From positions 2,853 to 66,852 of the forward strand of contig DAYD01000016.1 of the NCBI GenBank assembly GCA_002506755.1: a stretch of DNA of 64,000 nucleotides, written 5' to 3'. Source of the stretch: Euryarchaeota archaeon UBA462. Lineage in GTDB: Archaea > Thermoplasmatota > Poseidoniia > Poseidoniales > Thalassarchaeaceae. Position 1 is the first letter of the stretch. The number at the start of each line of letters is the position of its first letter. The notes below the pieces were generated by a model. The model was not told the DNA's origin. It worked only from the letters and a program-made list of their open reading frames with translations, and made no database searches. This document shows positions 29,140 to 37,540 of this stretch, in pieces. Position numbers and translations under genes: made by a program.

Positions 29140-30013
29140 TCCCCATCATCCCGATAAATTCAATCATCCTAGGATTAAAATCCTGTCGCACTAGCCCAAT
29201 TTCCTTGCCCTTCTCTAAAAAGAGCATCACTGCTTCCCTACCATCTTCACCGTAATCGATGGTCCTTTCATTAACATACATTCTCACAAACTCCTCATTA
29301 GTGTCTTTATCAATACCCCTTCCCCATTTTCTAGCAAATTCTAAGGCAAGTTCCGGTTCAGATAATGAATACTCGATACTCCTCCTTATGTCCTCCGCAA
29401 TGATTTCACAAGTCTCGTGTCCCAAGTCGGTTCTGACAACGTTACCACCTAATGGCAAGGGCAAACCAGTCTCGGTATTCCACCATACTCCAAGATCAAT
29501 TACAAGATTGACTCCGAGATCTTTCCAAGTAAGTTGACCTTCGTGAATTATTACACCGGCGTCGTACTCTCCCGACATCACCCCAGGTAATATTTCATCA
29601 AATGGAATTTCCTTAACCTTGACATCCCCTAGAGCAAGTTTCAATGCCAAATAAGAGCTAGTACTTAGCCCGGGTATTGCGATTTCTGTATGCTTCGCCT
29701 GCTCCACAGACATCTTGGATTTAGAAATTAGAATAGGCCCGTATCCCTCTCCCATTGATGCGCCGCAATTCATCAGATTGTAGGTGTGTGAAACGTCAGG
29801 ATAGGAATTTATGCTTACAGCTGAAACCTCATATGTTCCCTTCTTAGCTTCTTCATTGAGAGTATCAATATCGACCAAAAAATGTTCATATATCCTCCCT
29901 GGTGTTTCTAATGCTCCTGTAGTTAGAGCGTAGAACATGAACGCATCATCTGGATCGGGTGAATGACCAACTCTAATTTTGAGACTTTCATTGCTCATGA
30001 TACTTGCCGTCAA
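29132..30013 (-). CDS. mqnD: 1,4-dihydroxy-6-naphthoate synthase MqnD (futalosine pathway)
   Basis: IRVGHSPDPDDAFMFYALTTG matches the MqnD N-terminal signature (GHSPCPNDxFxFYAL). Confidence 0.7.
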   Translation of the reverse strand: MTASIMSNESLKIRVGHSPDPDDAFMFYALTTGALETPGRIYEHFLVDIDTLNEEAKKGTYEVSAVSINSYPDVSHTYNLMNCGASMGEGYGPILISKSKMSVEQAKHTEIAIPGLSTSSYLALKLALGDVKVKEIPFDEILPGVMSGEYDAGVIIHEGQLTWKDLGVNLVIDLGVWWNTETGLPLPLGGNVVRTDLGHETCEIIAEDIRRSIEYSLSEPELALEFARKWGRGIDKDTNEEFVRMYVNERTIDYGEDGREAVMLFLEKGKEIGLVRQDFNPRMIEFIGMMGNE

Positions 30014-30025
30014 TAATTAGTTGAA

Positions 30026-30283
30026 ATGCATTTGCATCAAGATTTTAGACACGGAATGATGAAGAACAATGCCATATTAGTGTCTTTTATGCCTGACCCA
30101 AACAAACTATCAACGGCTTCCGGCCAACTAGGACCTATTTGCGCCATTACCGGGAAAGCGCTGAGATTCTCAGAAGCCATTGTACTGGACAACGAATACG
30201 TCTGTTGGGAGGCCTATATAGAAACCACCGGGGCCTCACCTTCTTCAGAAGGAAAAGAAGTAGGCGGCCTAAAGCTAGAATGA
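30026..30283 (+). CDS. possible small protein in divergent intergenic region (weak)
   Basis: 85-aa ORF between the mqnD and priS starts. No motif beyond scattered Cys/His. Confidence 0.15.
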   Translation: MHLHQDFRHGMMKNNAILVSFMPDPNKLSTASGQLGPICAITGKALRFSEAIVLDNEYVCWEAYIETTGASPSSEGKEVGGLKLE

Positions 30284-30319
30284 TTGAAACCTTATTTCCC
30301 CTCTGTATTTTGATGTTTC

Positions 30320-31522
30320 ATGGCAGAGGGTTGGAGTAGGTTCGCCCTAAGATTTTCAGAGTATTATGAGTCGATTAGCACAGACTCCATCTGGGTACCG
30401 CCTAGGTTGAGGAACAGAGAATGGATGTTTATACCATGGGGGGGAGGATTCCCCGATCGGCACAAGTCATTCGTAGACAAATCAGGACTTCACTCGTACT
30501 TGAGAAGCAGGGCCCCTCACTCATGCTTTCACAGCACTGCGTACTACCATGATCCAGATCAGGGGAAGATGGCTGACAAAGGATGGATGGGGGCAGACCT
30601 AATATTTGATTTGGATGGAGATCACCTTCCGGGGGTTTCAGACAATGATTTCCCCCTAATGATAGATGTCATACAGGAGCAAGCATGGACTCTATGGAAT
30701 GATTTCCTTGAACCGGATTTTGGATTCAGGCCTGAACATGCACAGATTACATTCTCCGGCCACAGGGGATTTCATATTCATATCAGAGATCCTAAACTGT
30801 TGCATCTGGATTCAAACGCAAGGAGGGAGATGGTTAACTACATCAGAGGGGAAGGTATTGACATTCAATCTAATATTTCAAGTGGCACAGAATGGGGAAA
30901 GAGGGCCATAAGAGGAATGGATGCCGTTCTAGACAAATTATCGGAAATTCATGATGGGGGAGCAAATAAAAGCAGCTTACTCAATGAACTTCACGGGATT
31001 ATCACTACCAGAGCCAAATCACACTCTGTCAAACTTCCTTCGACATCTATCAAAAGAATCAAGGAATTGGCTGATCTCTCTATGAATGATGATAGGATTG
31101 AGAGACTTAAGGAAAATCACAGGTTATCTGTATTCGGGGAATATTGTACTCCGATTTTCTGGGAATTAGTCAAAGGTGACTCTTCCGTTGTAATGGGGGC
31201 CGCCGGAGAGACAGATGAGGTCGTGACAGTAGACACAAAAAGAGTAATCAGATGGGTGGGGAGTCTTCATGGTAAGTGTGGACTAAGGGTGACTGAATTT
31301 CCACTTGAAAGATTAGATCCCGAAGGCACTGACCCCTTTGATCCACTAACTGAAGCTGTCACATTTAAGGGAGGCAAGGTCAATATTACTTCTTTGGAAG
31401 ATGATGTAACCGCTGAGATATCGGGTGAAAGACTAGATCTTTCAAAAGGTGATAAGGCCATCGTATCTGAATCAATGGCGATGTTCCTTTGCCTAAAGGG
31501 ATGGGCAGAGATATCAAAGTAG
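30320..31522 (+). CDS. priS: DNA primase small (catalytic) subunit PriS
   Basis: Catalytic DxD in ADLIFDLDGDHL. Conserved FSGHRGFHIHI block (PriS signature fSGxRGxHvhv). 400 aa. Confidence 0.8.
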   Translation: MAEGWSRFALRFSEYYESISTDSIWVPPRLRNREWMFIPWGGGFPDRHKSFVDKSGLHSYLRSRAPHSCFHSTAYYHDPDQGKMADKGWMGADLIFDLDGDHLPGVSDNDFPLMIDVIQEQAWTLWNDFLEPDFGFRPEHAQITFSGHRGFHIHIRDPKLLHLDSNARREMVNYIRGEGIDIQSNISSGTEWGKRAIRGMDAVLDKLSEIHDGGANKSSLLNELHGIITTRAKSHSVKLPSTSIKRIKELADLSMNDDRIERLKENHRLSVFGEYCTPIFWELVKGDSSVVMGAAGETDEVVTVDTKRVIRWVGSLHGKCGLRVTEFPLERLDPEGTDPFDPLTEAVTFKGGKVNITSLEDDVTAEISGERLDLSKGDKAIVSESMAMFLCLKGWAEISK

Positions 31523-32590
31523 TTGGTAATATATTTACTACTGATAAATGAAACAATTGTATTACGAACTCACAGAATATTGAATAGTGGTGGACGTTGG
31601 TTTAATCTTGTGGTCGACCCGCTAGATGAACATGATTCGGATTCAGATGAAGGTAATTCCCCTCTTCCCCCGCCACCTCCTGGGATAGCCATGCCACCTC
31701 CATCAATAGATCTCCCTCCCCCTGAATTTGATCTTCCTCCTCCCGATAACCCCCCACCTCAATTCGGTTTTACTCCTGATGCTTCATCAGACAGTGATCT
31801 TCTGGATGCAGCAGGAAGCCTTCCTACCCCAGCTCCTAGCTCAACGGAAAAACCTCCTTCTGATTTTAAATCGGTTTGGGAAAATAGGAAGAGGTCGAAT
31901 CCTTCACTATCTGAAACATCCAGAGACAACATATACAGTAGAATAAACAGGATATCCTCAGGAAAGGGAGATAGCCTGATGGACAGATATTCAGACAGAT
32001 TCGGTTCCGACCTAGATAGAGAGATAATAGTTCTAAGAAAGAAGGAGCAACAAGATCTAACCTCAATAAAACCTACTGTTGAGCTAATTTCGTCACCTTC
32101 CAACACTGAGATGTCCCTAAATGAGTTCATTGATGCAATGGATGATGAAGAATTCGTTAGTAGAGTTGCAACAAAAACTGGAGTATCTGCTGAGGCGATA
32201 GAAAATCTAGACATCGATACGATGAAGAAGTTCTTCGAGATGGCCGATGAGGATAATTCTGGTACACTAGATTTTGATGAATTCGTAAATGGCATAATCC
32301 ACAGCTTCAGGACTAGGGACGAGGATTTCTCTCACTTTTTCACAGTCGTCAACGGCCTTCTTGGTGAGCTACCCGACGAAAAGGCAAATGCCTTCATCGA
32401 ATCAGATAATTTCAGCTTATTCAAGGAAGTCGGGGCCGAACCAGGATCTACGGAAACAAATACTAGAAGCGAATTCTTCAAGATGGTTAATGAACTGCTT
32501 GTGGACCTGCCTGACCCAGTTATGAAGAGCTTCACAAGTTCCCAGGATTTCGATCTTTACAAGAAAATTGCAGAGAGGTATGGTGGTTAG
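31523..32590 (+). CDS. proline-rich, EF-hand-containing repeat protein (uncharacterised)
   Basis: Four LPPP/PPPP units at the N-terminus. Canonical 12-residue EF-hand loop DEDNSGTLDFDE. A ~33-aa tandem duplication (FFTVVNGLLGELPDEKANAFIESDNFSLFKEV / FFKMVNELLVDLPDPVMKSFTSSQDFDLYKKI). True start may be a downstream Met. Confidence 0.45.
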   Translation: MVIYLLLINETIVLRTHRILNSGGRWFNLVVDPLDEHDSDSDEGNSPLPPPPPGIAMPPPSIDLPPPEFDLPPPDNPPPQFGFTPDASSDSDLLDAAGSLPTPAPSSTEKPPSDFKSVWENRKRSNPSLSETSRDNIYSRINRISSGKGDSLMDRYSDRFGSDLDREIIVLRKKEQQDLTSIKPTVELISSPSNTEMSLNEFIDAMDDEEFVSRVATKTGVSAEAIENLDIDTMKKFFEMADEDNSGTLDFDEFVNGIIHSFRTRDEDFSHFFTVVNGLLGELPDEKANAFIESDNFSLFKEVGAEPGSTETNTRSEFFKMVNELLVDLPDPVMKSFTSSQDFDLYKKIAERYGG

Positions 32591-33388
32591 ATGGGTTTGT
32601 TAGAGAAGGCTGGAGAAATAGAATCCACCAAACCAGAACCGAAGGTTGTGACACCTGAAAAGCCCCAAACTCCCGAACCCGTAGAAACTGCTGCTACTCC
32701 CGAACCAAAGAAGAAGAAATCAAGAAGAAAGAGGGAACGGAAGACAAGGGAGCCTAGGAAAAGAAAAGCAAGACCCCCTAAGGAGTTACCAGAAGGATTT
32801 GAACCTTCCACCCGGGGTCAAAGTACAGTAAGAAGAATCTCAGATTTCGCCGTATCATATGGCTGGTGCATCCCACTTGTAGGTTTGAATGCATACGGAG
32901 GGAACAATGATTTCACCTACATCATAATTTTGGGAATCATCGTGATGGTATTCAACCTTGGATTTATGCCATACAGCACAGGAAGAACGATGGGAAACTG
33001 GATCAGCCGAACCACATACATCACATCAAAATCCAGTAAGCCACACCAGTCATACCATCTTCTCAAGGGCCTGACATTCCCGTTGGTACTTATCGGGATA
33101 ATTCTTGTCTTCACAGCTCCATCTACTGGTCTGGACACAACAGGCGGAAGAATAGTGCTTGCGATGGGACTGGTCATGGTTCTACCGCCCTTCCTCGATT
33201 ATGTATTTTATAGATTCAAGAAAGACAATCTTGGGCTATGGGACACACTCTATGGGGGAGTTTGGATGGTAAGGACCACAAAGACCGCCGAAGCAAAAGG
33301 TTGGCTCAAGAGGCTTGAACAGCTGGGGGATTACTCAGACTCACAAGGCTGGTTCAAAGACAAAGACGACGGAGACCCAAGTTCCTAG
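32591..33388 (+). CDS. membrane protein with Lys/Pro-rich N-terminal tail (possible RDD-family)
   Basis: N-terminus PEPKVVTPEKPQTPEP...KKKKSRRKRERKTREPRKRKARPPK, followed by three predicted TM helices. An R...D pattern (RRISDFAV) is reminiscent of RDD proteins. Confidence 0.4.
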   Translation: MGLLEKAGEIESTKPEPKVVTPEKPQTPEPVETAATPEPKKKKSRRKRERKTREPRKRKARPPKELPEGFEPSTRGQSTVRRISDFAVSYGWCIPLVGLNAYGGNNDFTYIIILGIIVMVFNLGFMPYSTGRTMGNWISRTTYITSKSSKPHQSYHLLKGLTFPLVLIGIILVFTAPSTGLDTTGGRIVLAMGLVMVLPPFLDYVFYRFKKDNLGLWDTLYGGVWMVRTTKTAEAKGWLKRLEQLGDYSDSQGWFKDKDDGDPSS

Positions 33389-33428
33389 TCGACAAAGTGC
33401 TATAAGAAAATACTGTTGAAGTTTGCAG

Positions 33429-33896
33429 TCATTCTACTGAAAAAGCAATTACTGAAGCAGGACCAGGGTTTCTTTTCCTTTCGGAAGTTTCTGGCTCCCC
33501 GACGCCACAGACTTGGGAATCTCCAGGAAATTTTGCCTTACCATAGTTATAGGAAGCTATGCAAGCGGATAGGTGTGCAGTAGCAATTGATGACATCATA
33601 AGTTGTTCGACTAATGATGTTGTAGTTGTCCAAGTACCGAACATAGCCGACGCGAGACCAATAATTGCTGAAAGAAGTGAAGTAAGCACAGCTATGTGCA
33701 TGGACAGCGCATTCAGATCTGGCCTAACAATGGATGCAATCCCGGCGGAGATCAACAAGAGCCCGAAAATGGTTGGAAATAGGGCCGTTAGATAATCTGT
33801 GTGTAGAAAAAATCCGAGGCCCAAACATGTCATAACCAACCCGGCTGCAACAGTAAGTTGAGGTATGTTTAACCCAAATGTGGTATATCTTTGCAT
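33429..33896 (-). CDS. hypothetical polytopic membrane protein
   Basis: 155 aa, about 4 predicted TM helices, no motif. Confidence 0.35.
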   Translation of the reverse strand: MQRYTTFGLNIPQLTVAAGLVMTCLGLGFFLHTDYLTALFPTIFGLLLISAGIASIVRPDLNALSMHIAVLTSLLSAIIGLASAMFGTWTTTTSLVEQLMMSSIATAHLSACIASYNYGKAKFPGDSQVCGVGEPETSERKRNPGPASVIAFSVE

Positions 33897-34121
33897 ATCA
33901 TTACGTACTTATGCTCAGTATATTATAGCCTGTTTAGTCTTAACAACACGTCACTTCACAATTCCTTTGATCGTAATAAATAGCAACTAGTATTATTCCA
34001 AGTCACAGATTTGTTGGCAATAATCCATGTGCATTGATGGGCAATCTATGTCTCGGGCTGAAAATTACAGTCCAATCAACATAGTTCCCTAAGTCTTAAT
34101 CCATTCCTGGGAGAATCCGAT

Positions 34122-35180
34122 TTACTCTGATTCCGTGTCCTTTCTGATTTTGGCCAGTTCACGCATATCTTCATGCAGGACTCCGTCGTCTATAGCGTCT
34201 TGATCTGACTCGTCGACTATCTCTACCCCTAGTAGGGTCTCGATTATATCCTCCATTGTCACGAGTCCAGCAGTACCTCCGAACTGGTCCCTTGCCAATA
34301 ATAGCTGCTCTTTGTTTTCTAACAGTATGTCCAAAGCCTTGTCCACGGATGTATCCACGGTGCAATTCAGGATATCCCTCGATAGGTCAGCCATTCTTAG
34401 GTCGAAGTTATCCTCAGCAGCACTTCTAAGAATTTCACTTCTTAGCACGAGTCCCACCATTTCGTCAATGTTATTCTTGTAAACAGGCATTCTACCATGG
34501 ATCATTATTGGTATTCTATCCATAACTTCCCTTACGGTCTCCATTTCTCCTGCGGCTGTTATGACAACCCTCGGGGTCATTATGTCACTAACTTTAATCT
34601 CCCTTAGCTTGAGCAGGTTTTGTATTACTGCTTCCTCATCCTCTTCAATTACATCGGACTCTTCTGCAATATCGGCAAGTACAGATAGCTCATCACGTGT
34701 GACTGTTTCTGTCTCGACATCAGGAAACGGAGAGCGCATTAGTTCGATACACCAGATTATGGGCAGTAGTAGTGCCATCAGAGCTTTGAGCATTTGATAT
34801 GAGGGTATAGTGAGCCTTCTCCAGTATAGAGCTCCAATTGTCTTGGGTAGAATCTCGCTCAAGAGCAGGATGGCAATGGTCAAGATGGCTGCGGATCCTG
34901 CAATTACATATTCTCCTTCGAAGTTGTTCTCAACCTCGGAACCTACACCGAGTGCTCCAACGGTATGGGCAATTGTGTTTAGTGTCAATATCGCAGTCAG
35001 TGGCCTTTCAGGGTCTTCCTTCCATTTAGTCCAAGTTTCGCTAGCCTTAGCATGCTTTTCCTTGATTGCTACTATGTGGCCGTGAGTTGTAGTGAGCAAG
35101 ACTGCTTCTAGTATACTGCAAAGGAAAGAGGCGCCCAACGCTAGTATTGCGTAGGCAATCATTAGTGTGTAATCTGTCAA
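34122..35180 (-). CDS. CNNM/CorB/HlyC-family divalent-cation transporter (DUF21 + CBS pair)
   Basis: N-terminal four-TM DUF21 region. CBS pair (DIMTPRVVITAAGEMETVREVMD...). C-terminal acidic tail. Confidence 0.75.
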   Translation of the reverse strand: MTDYTLMIAYAILALGASFLCSILEAVLLTTTHGHIVAIKEKHAKASETWTKWKEDPERPLTAILTLNTIAHTVGALGVGSEVENNFEGEYVIAGSAAILTIAILLLSEILPKTIGALYWRRLTIPSYQMLKALMALLLPIIWCIELMRSPFPDVETETVTRDELSVLADIAEESDVIEEDEEAVIQNLLKLREIKVSDIMTPRVVITAAGEMETVREVMDRIPIMIHGRMPVYKNNIDEMVGLVLRSEILRSAAEDNFDLRMADLSRDILNCTVDTSVDKALDILLENKEQLLLARDQFGGTAGLVTMEDIIETLLGVEIVDESDQDAIDDGVLHEDMRELAKIRKDTESE

Positions 35181-35312
35181 TTCCTATGCCCCTCAGAGTC
35201 AGACGAGGCTCTTGAGAAAAGGACCGTTTGGATTCTCAAAGTTGTTGGCTCCGTGCATATGCGGGCGAACATGACATAAATATCTAACTTGGCGGAGTGA
35301 ACCAGTACCATC

Positions 35313-37505
35313 ATGGAACATGTAGCTATTTTCATGGCCTGGCCTTATGCTAATGGCCCATTGCACCTTGGACATGTCGCTGGTAATTGCCTCCCTGCTG
35401 ACATACAATACAGATACGAAAGAGCCAGAGGGAGAAGTGTACTGATGTGCAGCGGTTCCGATGAGCATGGCACACCCATTACAATCACTGCAGAGGAGAT
35501 GGGCATTTCCCCCCAGGAAGTCGTGGATAGGTATCACGAAGTCAATACTAAGGCTCTAGCGGATTTAGGCTGCTCCTGGATAAATAATGTAGATCCTCGC
35601 GGTCCTGAGTTCGGTGGCGCTTTATACAATAGAACATCTGATGATAAGCACAAAGAGTTGGTTCGGGAAGTTTTCACAAACCTGTTGAATTCCGGATTCT
35701 TGGAGCGTAAGACAATGCAGCAGTACTGCTCTGTTGGTAGAGGGGGATCTGTGAGATTCCTCCCCGACCGATACGTCGAAGGACAATGCCCGGTTTGCTC
35801 GTCAGATGGCGCTAGGGGCGATCAATGTGATTCCTGTGGCGCGACCTATGAGGCAAATGAACTGATCAACCCGAGATCCAAACTTGACACTGAATCAGAA
35901 ATCGAGATAAGAGATACTGACCACTTCTTCCTGAGGCTCGGCGATTTTCAGGATTCTTTAGAGAAACATGCTTCCGAGAGGAAAGGGGTTTGGAAACCTA
36001 ATGTCAGAGCAATGACAAAGAATTGGTTGGATATGGGTTTGAGATCCCGAGCGGTGACTAGGGACATTGAGTGGGGCATCTCCATACCTCTAGAAGGAGA
36101 AGATTGGGGATCAAAGAGAATTTATGTTTGGTTTGAAGCAGTTCAAGGATATTACACCTGTGCTAGGATATGGGCCTCCGAGTACGCAAAAAAATGCGGG
36201 CATCCCGATGGAGAAAACGCATGGGAGAAATGGTGGAAGGTTTCTGAGTCCGGGGACTCGCCCAAACATATCTATTTCATGGGCAAGGACAACATTCCGT
36301 TTCACACTATTATTTGGCCAGCCATAATTATGGGATTAAACGCGGCTGACTCCAATGCAATATCACATAAACCCCTATCGGGTCATTTAGCCTTGGAGTC
36401 TAATGTTTCTGCAAATGAGTACCTCATGCTACAGGGGGGGCAATTCAGTAAGAGTAGGAGGCATGCAGTATGGCTACCGTCATACTTGAAGCAGTACGAT
36501 CCAGACGCACTTAGATATTACCTATCAATAAATATGCCAGAGACACACGATACAGATTTCAGGTGGGATGAATATGTGGATAGAGTCAACAACGAACTGA
36601 TTGGGAAGTATGGAAATTTTGTTCACCGTGTGATGACTCTCGCTCACAGACTGGAATCGGCTAATGGAAATCCGCTTTCTGATTATGACATGCCGAAAGA
36701 ACATCTTTCAACTATCTCAGAAATTCAGAACCTCATCTCTAATGCTATTGAGTCTATGGAGAAACAGAGATTCAAGGAGGCACTGAGGTACATTATGGGA
36801 ATAGCACAGATTGGAAACGTATTACTTCAGGAAGCCTCACCGTGGAAATACATTAACGAGGTAGAATCTCCAGATAGGACAAGATCCCTATCCGCTCTTG
36901 CACTATCATGGAGGATTTGCTCCGCTCTGGCAGTCTGCATGAGGCCATTCATACCCTTTTCGTCAGATCGACTATGGAAAATGATGGGCAATGACTGGAA
37001 TATCGACACCGTACTGTGGGAGGATTCTATGGAGACGGAAACAAAATTATGTTGGAATGGCACAAAGCCAGAACCGCTATTTACTAGGCTAGATTTAGAG
37101 GAGATTCTCAAAAGCGAATCGAAACTCGTAGACAGTAAGGACAATGAAACATCAATCAAGCCGGAGGATAATGGTGGTAGTATCGAGTTTGAAGATTTTA
37201 TGAAAGTAGAGATGAGAACCGGGAAGATAATATCCGTTGAGGATCATCCAAATGCCGACAAACTTTTCGTAATTACTATAGAGGACTCTCCTGATTCTAG
37301 AAGAACTGTTTGTGCAGGTTTGAAGGGCCACTATGAGCCATCTGAACTGGAGGGAATGAATGTAGTCTACGTTGCTAACCTAGAGCCCAGAAAACTCAGA
37401 GGAATCATTTCAGAAGGAATGTTGCTTGCTGCTGATGATGGGGAAGGGGATGTTAAGATCCTTACAACCGAAGGCGAGATAGAACCCGGGTCTAGAGTTA
37501 GGTAG
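35313..37505 (+). CDS. metG: methionine--tRNA ligase with C-terminal EMAPII/Trbp111-like tRNA-binding domain
   Basis: HIGH motif (PYANGPLHLGH). Zn knuckle CPVCSS...CDSCG. KMSKS variant QFSKS. C-terminal FMKVEMRTGKIISVEDHPNADKL. Confidence 0.9.
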   Translation: MEHVAIFMAWPYANGPLHLGHVAGNCLPADIQYRYERARGRSVLMCSGSDEHGTPITITAEEMGISPQEVVDRYHEVNTKALADLGCSWINNVDPRGPEFGGALYNRTSDDKHKELVREVFTNLLNSGFLERKTMQQYCSVGRGGSVRFLPDRYVEGQCPVCSSDGARGDQCDSCGATYEANELINPRSKLDTESEIEIRDTDHFFLRLGDFQDSLEKHASERKGVWKPNVRAMTKNWLDMGLRSRAVTRDIEWGISIPLEGEDWGSKRIYVWFEAVQGYYTCARIWASEYAKKCGHPDGENAWEKWWKVSESGDSPKHIYFMGKDNIPFHTIIWPAIIMGLNAADSNAISHKPLSGHLALESNVSANEYLMLQGGQFSKSRRHAVWLPSYLKQYDPDALRYYLSINMPETHDTDFRWDEYVDRVNNELIGKYGNFVHRVMTLAHRLESANGNPLSDYDMPKEHLSTISEIQNLISNAIESMEKQRFKEALRYIMGIAQIGNVLLQEASPWKYINEVESPDRTRSLSALALSWRICSALAVCMRPFIPFSSDRLWKMMGNDWNIDTVLWEDSMETETKLCWNGTKPEPLFTRLDLEEILKSESKLVDSKDNETSIKPEDNGGSIEFEDFMKVEMRTGKIISVEDHPNADKLFVITIEDSPDSRRTVCAGLKGHYEPSELEGMNVVYVANLEPRKLRGIISEGMLLAADDGEGDVKILTTEGEIEPGSRVR

Positions 37506-37540
37506 AAGCGGATAGGACCAGTATAGTCTGGATGGAACCA

